Shown: piece after piece, positions 12,283-23,860 of the stretch
How the letters are laid out: every line of letters begins with the position of its first letter
How positions within the stretch are numbered: the first letter of the stretch is position 1
From: Trichoplax adhaerens
Taxonomy: Eukaryota > Animalia > Placozoa
DNA: 64,000 nt
Direction of reading: 5' to 3'
Assembly: GCF_000150275.1 (NCBI RefSeq)
Contig: NW_002060947.1
Location: forward strand, 1,171,199-1,235,198
The notes under the pieces: generated by a model
What the model saw: the letters and a program-made list of their open reading frames with translations, nothing else
Database searches by the model: none
What the model was told of the DNA's origin: nothing
Position numbers and translations under genes: made by a program

Positions 12283-13752
12283 TTAATGCCTTCGTCTTAT
12301 CCCCACGTACACGGGTTTTGCAGGTAATAAGGCAGTAGATGTTTTCGTTTCCATTCGTCTTTCAGTTTGTTTAACCATAATTAATTCTAGGCGACTTATA
12401 ATTTTCACTATTGCCAATTTAAGTTCTAGCAGAGCAAATCTCATACCTATGCAATTACGTGGTCCATTACCAAATGCGAGGTAACTGCATGGATGTCTTT
12501 TAGCCTTTTCTTCAGGTGTAAATCTTTCGGGTATAAATTTTTCGGGATCCGGCCATAACATAGGATCGTGATGAAGTGAATAAATAGGTATGCCAATCAT
12601 CATACCTTTAGGTATTCGAAAGCCTTTAATGGTGATCTCATCTCGCGCTAAACGATCGACAGCGTAAGCAGCTGGGTAAAGCCGCATAGTTTCTGCAATC
12701 ACCATATCTAAATAGGGTAAATCTTGCAAAGATTCTATACCAATATCTTCATGATACTTTGAACTAATCTCCTCATACACCTTTTGTTGGACGTCGGAAT
12801 TAACAGCTAAAATATGTGATAAAAATGTTAAAGTGTTAGCCGTTGTTTCGTAGCCAGCTACCAGGAAAACAAAGGCTTGAGCTATAATTTCGTCGTTGTC
12901 AAGCTTGTCATGATCCCCCGCTTCAATCATTAACTGTAATATATCTCCACGGCAAGATACACCAGCTCTAAGATTTTTTCTTCGATGTTCAATTACTTTT
13001 TTAGTTACTGCCATTAAGTAATCAATGGAATAAATTAATTTTCCACCGACCATTGGTTCCAAAATTCGAAATAAAGTCGGTGATATAATTGCCAGAAATT
13101 GCAAGAATCCAGATTCAGTTGCAAAGATGCCTGCTGCAGCTTCAGTTACTTTTCTTTCTTGTTCTTCAGATTCATATTCTATGCCAAATATAGCTCCTAG
13201 AATTACCTCCATTGCAAATTTTCCACAGCAATCCCTTAATTCAATTGGTCGGCCTTCCTGCTCTGCGGTCATCATTCGCTCACACAAGTGATCACCAGCA
13301 TCGTTGATGATTGCAAATGTTAGTTTAAGTTTTGCAGTACTAAATGTAGGGAGAACAATAGTTCGAACACGTTTCCAATCTGCACCTTGCAGATCGAACA
13401 GAGACTTGTCAAAAGGTTTTAGTGTGTTGGTGAAAGCAAATCGATTGGTAAAATTAGAAAACTCCTTAATCAAAATTGTTTGCAATACTTCTGGTTCACC
13501 AACCCATATGGCTGGAAAATGAAAAAATAGTGTGCCATGTATCCTTCCATATTTTTCAAGTCTTTTTAACTGGTTATAATGGCGTTTTGTTGGGCCTAAA
13601 TCCGTAGTATTGCCAAGGAAATCAAGAGGGAATGGGACACCTAAACCTAACTTTCTCAAGTACAAATAAGGGGAAATTATAAATTTATACACTAAGTATG
13701 CTAAGAATACTACAGCAAGACTTAGAATTTGAAGAAACGTCAGACCCGGCAT
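12283..13752 (-). CDS. Cytochrome P450, clan 3 (CYP3-like), intronless
   Basis: ATG at 13752 (MPGLTFLQ), WKRVR, AGYETT, ETMR, PERF, AFGNGPRNCIG. Confidence 0.95.
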   Translation of the reverse strand: MPGLTFLQILSLAVVFLAYLVYKFIISPYLYLRKLGLGVPFPLDFLGNTTDLGPTKRHYNQLKRLEKYGRIHGTLFFHFPAIWVGEPEVLQTILIKEFSNFTNRFAFTNTLKPFDKSLFDLQGADWKRVRTIVLPTFSTAKLKLTFAIINDAGDHLCERMMTAEQEGRPIELRDCCGKFAMEVILGAIFGIEYESEEQERKVTEAAAGIFATESGFLQFLAIISPTLFRILEPMVGGKLIYSIDYLMAVTKKVIEHRRKNLRAGVSCRGDILQLMIEAGDHDKLDNDEIIAQAFVFLVAGYETTANTLTFLSHILAVNSDVQQKVYEEISSKYHEDIGIESLQDLPYLDMVIAETMRLYPAAYAVDRLARDEITIKGFRIPKGMMIGIPIYSLHHDPMLWPDPEKFIPERFTPEEKAKRHPCSYLAFGNGPRNCIGMRFALLELKLAIVKIISRLELIMVKQTERRMETKTSTALLPAKPVYVGIRRRH

Positions 13753-15866
13753 GTTACAGATGATGAAGTATCGGATAGTATTAGGCAAATATTATATAAA
13801 ATAATCAGATTACTGCCTCTGTTTGGCACTTCATGAACCTTGTTAATGTGATCATAGAATGCAAAGCTCTAGCTCTAAATCTTCTTTACGTACAAAGATA
13901 GTCGTTTTCTGCGTCGTAAAGAGACCTTTGTAAAATAGCTTTATCAATCAACAATATTCTGTTCCTGTTACAGCATAATGTAAAGCAAATTGCTACGTTG
14001 ATTTTTCTTGATGACTTGAAGATTTTCAAGTGTGATGCGATCGCATTAATAACTAAAATAATATAACTGCAATCAATAATAATAATAGTGATTATAATTA
14101 TTATCGAAGATATTAATCTTTAAATTAGGATTGTTTGCCAAAATTTGACGTGGATTAAAGTAGGAAGTGATAATAATAAGCAGTTAGACTAATCCATTTT
14201 TCATGACGTTCAATGGTCACCGATAACTTTGTTTGTATTAGACGATGTTTAATTTAGAGATTGGATATCAGATGTGGTCCAACAGACGGCACACGCCAAT
14301 TACTATGCAAAATAAATACGGAAAACATAAACAGTACTTAAAGATTACCATATCGAAATTGCGCTGTATGAATTGCAAACTTCACATATTAGCCTCGTCT
14401 ATTCGATTGTAATTATAATTATGTTATTTGCACAGTAATGTCAGAAGGAGGAGTATTTAAAATAGCGCAGTGATATAGCAGCATACTGACATACTGTAGT
14501 TCAAACAACGTCAATACATGTACAGGATGACATTTCCACCCATTCGAGGTAAAAATAAAACAGCATTAGTTTTTCCTCTGATCTCGCCTAATATCAATAC
14601 AGCAGCGCAATACAGTTGAGAGAAATAAGTTTTGACATATGAAAGTTGGACGCAAATCAGCAAGACGAGAGTAACTGTAGTAAAAGGATTGGCATAGTTG
14701 ATATTATTTAATAAGTGATCGAAGATCTTGTTCTACTGTTGTAAACAAGTCTGTAGTTCTCAGTAAAGTAAAGAACTCTGTACTAAGTAGCTTCCAGGTC
14801 TAATGATAGTAAAATTTACGAATGTCTAGTGCATCATTGCCATATTCGGCGCTGCTTGAACAAATTACTTTATTTCAAGTGTTCAACAAGTATCGTGGTG
14901 TTGGCGTAGGAACCAATAGATTTGACAGCTTTTGGGTTATTATTGCAACTAAATTCTGCATACATAGGAACATTTACGTACATACTCTAGAGGTACCCAA
15001 AACTGCAATAAGTTCATAAGCTGATACGATGCTCATAGGTATAGTAATGATCGTATAATTGGATCAAGGCGTTTGATCAGTTTAGCTCGGTAAGCATATT
15101 TACTGATTGAAATTCTCAAACAGCAGTAAACTTATTGTTATTGGCTCTAGAGACCATGATAGAATCAATACGATCATATTGCAGTATTCTGCTATAATCC
15201 TTACACGTATATTCAATGTACATATTTATATAACAAGATAAAACCATGGGGTTTTTGATGGCAAAGTAGTGATGTCATTAGTTAGATACCACGCCAAACA
15301 TCCACAGTTAAATTGAATAAAATATCAACATTCTACCATTTATAAGTTCTAGCATTTGTCATAGCCAATTGATATTATTGCCCACAGAGATTCGTAAATA
15401 CATCGTAGTTCATGAAATTTGGTTCATATTGGATAGCTCAATTAATACAAAAATTATTCATAATTTTAGACATGTACTGAACGATTCTAGATAATTAGGT
15501 GACACTATGTCCATACGCAGAATTACTTATAGTATTATCTATAATTGAATATCTTCAGGATAGTCATCACAAGCGTTACAAGACATAATAGTATAATTAA
15601 CAATAACAATAACATAATCATTAACATTAGCTATCGTATAAGAACTTTTACTATACAGTAAGTCATTATTAGTTATCTCCATGTATAAATGTTAACCACT
15701 AAATTTAGTCATTTACTCTTCACGGTGATTCGTGCCGTGGCATATACATATTTCAACGTAGTCTAATATGCTTTTGTGTCTTCTAACAGATTATTACCAG
15801 CAGCAAGAATATTAAATACAAATGAATTGTAATATTCTTACATGCCATAGCGAAAAGTCTTCCTCC

Positions 15867-17378
15867 CTAATGTCTCCTTTGGATTCCCACATATACACCG
15901 TTAGCCGGAGATAATGTAGCTCCAGTTTTCAACTTTAATGGAATCTCAGTTTCTTTTACTACTACTAATTTAACGTTTTGTAAAATTCTAACTAAAGCAA
16001 ATTTTGTCTCTAATAAAGCCAATCGCATTCCAATACAATTTCGAGGTCCACCACCGAAGGGAATGTAACTATACGGATGATGCTTTGCTTTAGCCTCCGG
16101 GGTAAATCGTTCGGGAATGAAACATTCAGGATCAGGCCAGAACTGTGGGTTATGATGCACAGCATAAATTGGAAGTCCTATCATTGAGTTTTTGGGTATA
16201 TCTACGCCATTTATAATTATGTCTTCCTTTGCACATCGATTGACAAAAAATCCTGCTGGATACATTCTTAGTGTTTCTGATATTACCATTTCAAGATAAG
16301 GTAAAGTAGATAACGTTTCATAGTCGAGATTACTTGCATTTGGGCATTTATCATCGATTTCCGTAATTAACTTTTCTTGAGTCTCAGGATTCGTGGCTAG
16401 CGAATACGAAGCCAAAGCTAATGTGTTAGCAGTAGTTTCATGACCGGCAATAAGGAAAATTACTGCTTGAGCGATAATTTCTTCATCGCTAATGTTGTCA
16501 GAATTACCAGCCTCAATCATATGTTGTAAAATATCTTTTCGACAGGGTATGCCTTCTTTTAAGTTTTTCCGTCGTTGACAAATAACTTGCTCAATTGTTT
16601 CGGTTAATAAATTGATTGATTTCATAATATCTCCTCCAACAACCGGCTCCAAGATCTTGAATAATGGTGACGCATAAACTACAAAAAATTGAACAAAAGT
16701 ATTGGTATCTCTAAGTATCATTCCTGCAGCTTTAGTGATTTTAGCTTCATGTTCTTCTGATTCGAACTCAATGCCAAAAGCTGTTGCTAAGATGACTCGC
16801 ATAGTAAATTGACCACAAACCTGCCATATATTAACAGCTTTTCTATTGACTTCAACTTGGAATAATTTATCAACTAAATTATCACTAGCTACTCTAATAA
16901 ATGGAAGAATGGTCTTTAATTTTGATGCACTAAAGGTAGGAACTAGAGTAGTTCTTACTCTTTTCCAGTCTTTATTTGTCAAGCGCAAAAGTGTTTTGTC
17001 AAAAGGCCTCATTAAACTAACTAATGCATAGCGGTTAGTAAAATTAGCGAAATCCTTGACCATAACTGCTTTGAGCATTTCTGGATCTCCTATCCATATG
17101 GTTGGAGCACAAAATATGAAAGTACCATAGACATTGCCATATAATTCTTGTCTTTTTATCTGAGCGGTATGCTGATCTCTGGATCCGTAATCCATAACGT
17201 TACCAGCAAATGGTTTAGGGATAGGCATTTTGAGTCCACATTTTCTTAAACGTCTGTATGGTCTATAGTAATCGTCATAAAGTTTATGTATAAATCCATA
17301 GCATAATAACACCATCACTATTGGTAATAAAATCTCTCGTAAAGAAATGGAAGATGTTAAAAGCTCTTGTAAAGCCAT
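15867..17378 (-). CDS. Cytochrome P450, clan 3 (CYP3-like), intronless
   Basis: 503 aa ORF with WKRVR, AGHETT, ETLR, PERF, PFGGGPRNCIG. Confidence 0.96.
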   Translation of the reverse strand: MALQELLTSSISLREILLPIVMVLLCYGFIHKLYDDYYRPYRRLRKCGLKMPIPKPFAGNVMDYGSRDQHTAQIKRQELYGNVYGTFIFCAPTIWIGDPEMLKAVMVKDFANFTNRYALVSLMRPFDKTLLRLTNKDWKRVRTTLVPTFSASKLKTILPFIRVASDNLVDKLFQVEVNRKAVNIWQVCGQFTMRVILATAFGIEFESEEHEAKITKAAGMILRDTNTFVQFFVVYASPLFKILEPVVGGDIMKSINLLTETIEQVICQRRKNLKEGIPCRKDILQHMIEAGNSDNISDEEIIAQAVIFLIAGHETTANTLALASYSLATNPETQEKLITEIDDKCPNASNLDYETLSTLPYLEMVISETLRMYPAGFFVNRCAKEDIIINGVDIPKNSMIGLPIYAVHHNPQFWPDPECFIPERFTPEAKAKHHPYSYIPFGGGPRNCIGMRLALLETKFALVRILQNVKLVVVKETEIPLKLKTGATLSPANGVYVGIQRRH

Positions 17379-19056
17379 TGTAATTTAATGTCCAGTGACC
17401 ACTGCTTATAATCTTTTCCAATAACTATAATAATATGATGATTGTATTAGGCAGTGAAATGGTGAATTAGTGATCAACTTGTACAGTAAAGTAAAAGTAA
17501 AAATACAGCGTAGTATACGAAGTATAACGAGCGAGGGATCTACTAGTAATTATATCGAGTGATTTTAACACAGTATAGTAATACAAAGTCAGGTAATTGT
17601 AGCACAAAGTGATCAATTTCGATGTCTACGTTCTACCATCCTCGATTACTTTACATGCATTAGAGATGATACCATAAATTGATCAGAGTCGCTACGTTAC
17701 CGTATAAGTTAACTGCAAAATTGATTTATCAGACCGGCCAGCCAATAACCAATAACTATAATCAAAATAATCATACACCAGTCAAGCAATTTTCCACTAG
17801 TTCGCCTTGCCTAGTTACCATCGAGTTACAGAATTACTTTATTCTGCAGCATTATGATAATCAATATTCTTAACAGTAATGAAGATGATGCAATCTGTAG
17901 AAACTTGTATGTAGTATAGTAAACAATGGAGCCTTTAAAATTGGACTGTAGTTGCGCAGTGGATAATCTAATTACTGTAATATTTTAGCATTTCTGCCTT
18001 GTGGATCATCGTTTCGCCAATTAGATCAGATCCTCCATATTTATTACTCGGTTCGATGATAAGATGACATTCATGTAAATATATCAGTAGGTTAGGGGCT
18101 TATATTTTGGTTGTAGGCATGCAAAATTATGGAAATTATTAAGAGAAAATTAATCATCATACGAGTCATTCTAAGCCTAGTTTCAAATCTGTATCAAGCC
18201 TGTCTTCCTCAAATATCTAGCTAAGTTACAGTCAACTAAGCGTCTCTTTATTAAAAGCAAAACCGAACCCTAATTTTATTGTAAAATCAACTGATTTGAT
18301 CAAACAGACCTACGATGACAAATTTTAGTCTTTAGAATGCAGAAATCAGTACTCAACCTTTTAATGTTAATTTTTAAAAGATTATAATTTAATTTGTTAA
18401 ATTAGCACATAAAGTTTCAAATTACGTGTAAAATGAATAATGGTACTGTAAGAGTTTGCTAAAATTTTGAGATCGAACTATATAAGGTATTGCATTAGTT
18501 TCTCACTGACCGATACTACTGTAAGTGTAGACGTTTACGGGTAACTACAAGTTTAGAAGAGAACCTTTTATAATTCGAGATGACTTAAGGCCGTATTAAA
18601 GGACTTCTGCGATGGAAATTCCATCTCATGATTCTTAGAAGATAACGATAAATCCGATAAGAATATCGGTCTACATTCTTGGTATAATTAGTTACATTCA
18701 AGTTTATAAATACCCTTTAGCCTAAATACTCACACTCTTCATTTCACATTATTCGCAGCAACACAATTCAAATACGTACATTCATAATAAACTGAAATTT
18801 TATTTACTTTTTTATCGGCTAACAGAATCATAGTTAAAAAATGCTAGGGTAAAGAATGAAAATAACAATTTCAGCTAATTGCAGTAGTTATATGTTAGGG
18901 TTTAAAATCCATACAATACAATCCTGCCGTCGGTACTTGTAGTAAATGAGAGTATCGGAACACAGGTAAATGGATATAACCTAAAACATTATTTCATCTG
19001 TTATTTGATAATCTTTTAATATGACAGATGTTACTAATTCTAAAATAGTACATCTT

Positions 19057-20556
19057 TTAATATCTTTTTTGGATTCCTACATATACTCCGTTAGCTGGAG
19101 ATAATGTAGCTCCAGATTTCAACCTTAACGGTATTTCACTTTCCTTTACTGCTACTAACTTAACATTTTGTAACACTTTCACTAATGCCAATTTTGCTTC
19201 TAGTAAAGCTAGTCGCATTCCAATACAATTACGAGGTCCACCACCGAAAGGAATATAACTATAAGGATGCCGCTTAGCTTTAGCCTCTGGTGTAAATCGT
19301 TCGGGTATGAAACGTTCTGGATCAGGCCAGAGCTGTGGATTATGATGTACTGCATAAATTGGAAGTCCTATCATCGAATTCTTAGGTATATCTATACCAT
19401 TCACAACCATGTCGTCTTTGGTCTTACGATTAACGAAAAATCCTGCTGGATAGATACGTAATGTTTCTGATATTACCATTTCAAGATAAGGTAGCTCAGA
19501 TAATGTTTCATAGTCTAGGCTGCTCTCATCAGGGCATTTATCGTCGATTTCTGCAATTAACTTTTCTTGAGCTTCAGGATTTGCCATTAGTAAATATGAA
19601 GCAAAAGCTAGTGTATTAGCCGTTGTTTCGTGGCCAGCAATAAGAAATACTATTGCTTGAGCGACGATTTCTTCATCATTTAGGTTTGCTTCAATCATTT
19701 GTTGTAAAATATCTTTTCGACAGGGTATCCCTTCCTTTAAATTTTTTCGACGTTCCCTTATTACACGTTCGACTGTTGTTACTAATAGACGAGTCGAATT
19801 CATGATACCTCCTCCAATGACAGGCTCGAAAATTTTAAATAAACGTGATGCAAAGACAACAAAGAATTGAACTAAGGAATTAGTTTCTCTAAATAAAATC
19901 CCTGCAGCTTTTGTAAGTTTAGCTTCTTGTTCTTTTGACTCAAATTCAATTCCAAATGCTGTAGCTAAAATAACTTGCATGGTATATCTACCGTATGGCT
20001 GCCATATATCGATAGCTTTTCCTTCAGCCTCAGCTTTCATTAATTTATGGACCAAATCATCGCTGGCTACTTTAATAAACGGAAGAATGGTCTTTAACTT
20101 TAATGCACTAAAGGTCGGAACAAGAGTGGTCCTTACCCGTTTCCAATCTTTATTATCCAATTGCAGTAGCGACTTATTGAAAGGTTTAATTGTATTCGAT
20201 AAAGAATACCGGTTAGTAAAATTAGTAAAATCTTTGACCATTATTTCTTTAAGCATATCTGGATCGCCAACCCATATAGTTGGAGCATTAAACATAAATG
20301 TACCATAGACATTGCCATATTGTTCTTGTCTCTTAACCTGAGATATATGTTGTTCACTAGATCCATAATCCAAAACGTTACCAATAAAGGGCTTCGGAAT
20401 GGGCATTTTAAGACCACACTTTGTTAAACGTTTGTATGGAACGACGTAATCGTTGTAAAGTTTAACTACAAATGTGCAAAGCAACAGTACGATAAATAGT
20501 TGAAATAGTACATGTTGTAATGTAAATGATGAGGTTAATATCTCTTCTGCGGCCAT
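19057..20556 (-). CDS. Cytochrome P450, clan 3 (CYP3-like), intronless; closest paralog of the 15867-17378 gene
   Basis: 499 aa ORF with WKRVR, AGHETT, ETLR, PERF, PFGGGPRNCIG; 4-aa deletion before the I-helix (MIEANLNDEE vs MIEAGNSDNISDEE). Confidence 0.96.
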   Translation of the reverse strand: MAAEEILTSSFTLQHVLFQLFIVLLLCTFVVKLYNDYVVPYKRLTKCGLKMPIPKPFIGNVLDYGSSEQHISQVKRQEQYGNVYGTFMFNAPTIWVGDPDMLKEIMVKDFTNFTNRYSLSNTIKPFNKSLLQLDNKDWKRVRTTLVPTFSALKLKTILPFIKVASDDLVHKLMKAEAEGKAIDIWQPYGRYTMQVILATAFGIEFESKEQEAKLTKAAGILFRETNSLVQFFVVFASRLFKIFEPVIGGGIMNSTRLLVTTVERVIRERRKNLKEGIPCRKDILQQMIEANLNDEEIVAQAIVFLIAGHETTANTLAFASYLLMANPEAQEKLIAEIDDKCPDESSLDYETLSELPYLEMVISETLRIYPAGFFVNRKTKDDMVVNGIDIPKNSMIGLPIYAVHHNPQLWPDPERFIPERFTPEAKAKRHPYSYIPFGGGPRNCIGMRLALLEAKLALVKVLQNVKLVAVKESEIPLRLKSGATLSPANGVYVGIQKRY

Positions 20557-22351
20557 AGCGAGCTTGCCTTCTGAGATTACTGCTAATTAATTGTATTAAA
20601 TAACAAAGACTTATTAGAAGTACGATTACTTATTATATTAGAACAGTACGAGCAGTTAATTTCGAACTTATAAATACTTTAATCCACATTTGTAAGTGAT
20701 GTTCCACGCCAACAGATCAACTCACTTTATAGAGCTTTACTGCAATGAAATTTTTCTTATAGGCTTTTAAATTTATCCTAATATGGTAATGTAGAACGAA
20801 AAAATGATGTAATTAGTGCACAGAACTTACAATAGCCATGACGCAATTCTTTCATGTGTGTACTATTGTAAATAATATCACATTCGAATTATTCTAGTTC
20901 TGTATGATCAAATATTACAATAGATTACGCCAAATCAATCGATGAATAGTTATTTGTTCTCGCAATAATCTTCGGCTTAAGATAAACTATGAACCTTTGA
21001 CTATATTAATGACTCTCGTAGCTTTAAATAGCGGATATTTAAATGTCCTAAAACATGCTACGATGAGTTTTATCGATGGTAAAATCTTGCGGTAATTATT
21101 TTAATAGCGTTCCATCTATACGTTTTTTCTAGGAAATATTACAGTTAAAATTATGATTTATCAGCCACTTAAATTCTTAAGTTACTGATGGTCTGACATT
21201 ATCAAAATCTGTGCTTAGCTTACTGTTAACAGTTCTGGAAGCTGAATGCAGCAAAGTGAAATAACTCTACTTTAAGTGAGTATTTCTGATCTACCCGTAT
21301 CACAAGAGTGTTGTTAAGTCAGGTAGATTTAATTGCAATCGTGCAGCAACTAAACTCTTCGCATCTATACTACCTACTCTAGTTCCTTTCGGACGCACCG
21401 TTATTCATATGTAAATTGATTCGTGTTGCTTACTGAATCAATTTACCTATATCTATTAATTTAAATGCGTAACCTATATGTAAGATGACTGGATAACATT
21501 TACTGCACGTAAATTGTACACTATTTTATGTACTGTTCGAACTGTCGGCATGTGATACTTCGCATACTTAATTAGTATATCCCGTAAGATGTAAAGCAAA
21601 AGGCAAACGTCAGATACGAAAGTACTGTACCTTAGAATAGTAATATAAGGCAAATTTCAGCAATGTTGATCTATCTTAATCATGATGCAATACGGTGCAA
21701 GTTTACCATAGTCCATAGAATCATAACTTCGCCTAATTTTAATAGTAGATTTATTCCACCCATGATAGATGTACAATTACAATGTTATAGTGCCAAATTT
21801 TTAATACCATACACATACAATCTTAGGTTATGTCCTTTACAGTATTTGGCAGACTAATCTTCCTCGAATTTCTTATTGGTGATACTTCGCATAATAATGT
21901 TACTTACAATATTATATATATCCATAAATTTCAGCCAGCAAATTGCGGTGTCTTCACTGTAAATAACGTGAAACATGGATAAATTCTTGACTTTATTATG
22001 CACACAATATCTCATGATAAATCTTGCAACATAAACATTCTAGAACAGTGGTCCTGTACTAAGATCTTTAATTTTAGTTCCTGTCCTTTATGCATGCTTA
22101 TTACTATTGATACTATCAAATTTATGAAAGCTTTCTGAGCTCATAAATTAACTAAATCTGCACTTTAAAGGGTAGTTCAGATTTGGTTAAAAATTTCTGA
22201 AGATACTCCATGCCATAATTGAGATTCTGATATTCAAAATCAAAATTTATATTATTTATTTTGGAAGTCTTCAAAGTATTGAAGTCTTGATGATCACTTT
22301 TGGATTTGAGATTAATCAAGAATTGCCTTCATTATACTCGTATAATGCAAA

Positions 22352-23860
22352 TTAGTATCGTTTTCTGAAGCCTAAGTTAAGCTCATTTGCAGGCGATAAT
22401 GTTGATGCAGTTCTCACTTGGATGGGAATAACGGTATCTTTAGAAATTATCAGTTCAAAATTTTGCAGAATACTAACTAAGGCTATTTTAACTTCTAGCA
22501 TAGCTAAACGTATACCCAAACAATTGCGTGGTCCGCTTCCAAATGGTAAATAACTATAAGGATGGCGCTTAGATTTTTCCTTAGACGAAAATCGTTCTGG
22601 CATGAATTGATCAGGATTAGGCCAGAGTTTTGGATTGTGATGTATAGCATAGATTGGGATGCCAAGCATAACACCTCGACCTATTCGAACGCCATCGATA
22701 ACCATAGTTTCCTTCACGTCCCGATTAACAAAATAGACTGGAGGATACATTCTCAAAGTTTCGGCAATAACCATTTCAAGATATTGTAAATCAAATAAAG
22801 CATCGTAACTGATACCTCCAATAGCTGGACATATAGTATCTATTTCTTCTAGTAGTTTCTTTTGAACATTAGGATTAATTGCAAGCAAATAGCAGGCAAA
22901 AGCTAGTGTATTGGCTGTAGTTTCATATCCTACAGTAAGAAATATAACTGACTGAGCAACTATTTCAGCATTTTTAAGCTTATCGCTATCTCCTGCTTCA
23001 ATCATTTGCTGCAAAATATCATTTCGGCAAGGTATACGTTCTTTCAAATTTCTTCTTCTTTCTTTTATGACGTTTTTAGCGGTATTTGTTAAGTATTCTA
23101 ATGAATCGTCAAACTCATTCTTAACAAAGGGTTTCAAAAATTTATAGAGAGGACCACATATAAAAATTAGGAGCCGCTTTAAACTTCCAGCTCCTCGAAA
23201 TTGTGCAGCTGCTGCATTAGTTAGCTTCCGCTCTTGCTCTTCTGATTTAAAATCCATTCCGAATGCTATGACCAACATAACTTTCATACTGAATTTACCA
23301 CATTCACGCCATATATCAATAGATTTTTGTTCCTCTTCTGCTTGTGCAATTGTACGTATTATAGACCTGCAAGTATCCTTTACTAATGGAACTATAGCCT
23401 TAAGTTTAGATACACTAAATGTTGGCAGCAGGATGTTTCTAACGCGTTTCCATTCTTGATCTTTTAATTGTAACACGGAATCGTCAAATGGAGGCCTAGA
23501 CTTTACAAAACTAAATCTATTAGTAAAATTTGAAAATTCTTTAACAGTTACTATTTTTAATATATTAGGATCGCCAATCCATATTGTTGGAATGTGAAAA
23601 AATAGCGTTCCATTCACTGTACCAAATCTTTCCTGTCTTTTGACCTGGGCTATATGCTGATTAGTTCCTCCTTCATCGGTAACATTACCTATAAAGGGTT
23701 TCGGTAACGGCACTTTAATTCTTAATTTCTTTAAGTACCATAAAGGAGAAATGTAACTGGTATACAGTAATCGAAAAAAAGCCAGAATAATGATTATTGC
23801 GAAAGTCTGTGAAGCATATTGATGCAGCCACAAATAGCTTAAAAAGCGGTAGGATGCCAT
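22352..23860 (-). CDS. Cytochrome P450, clan 3 (CYP3-like), intronless
   Basis: ATG at 23860 (MASYRF), WKRVR, VGYETT, ETLR, PERF, PFGSGPRNCLG. Confidence 0.95.
   Translation of the reverse strand: MASYRFLSYLWLHQYASQTFAIIIILAFFRLLYTSYISPLWYLKKLRIKVPLPKPFIGNVTDEGGTNQHIAQVKRQERFGTVNGTLFFHIPTIWIGDPNILKIVTVKEFSNFTNRFSFVKSRPPFDDSVLQLKDQEWKRVRNILLPTFSVSKLKAIVPLVKDTCRSIIRTIAQAEEEQKSIDIWRECGKFSMKVMLVIAFGMDFKSEEQERKLTNAAAAQFRGAGSLKRLLIFICGPLYKFLKPFVKNEFDDSLEYLTNTAKNVIKERRRNLKERIPCRNDILQQMIEAGDSDKLKNAEIVAQSVIFLTVGYETTANTLAFACYLLAINPNVQKKLLEEIDTICPAIGGISYDALFDLQYLEMVIAETLRMYPPVYFVNRDVKETMVIDGVRIGRGVMLGIPIYAIHHNPKLWPNPDQFMPERFSSKEKSKRHPYSYLPFGSGPRNCLGIRLAMLEVKIALVSILQNFELIISKDTVIPIQVRTASTLSPANELNLGFRKRY

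Noticed and set aside
21552-21893. 15-bp exact repeat GTGATACTTCGCATA occurring twice between P450 #4 and #5
   Set aside because: Only two copies with no extended similarity or array structure; not CRISPR-like and not a convincing target-site duplication.
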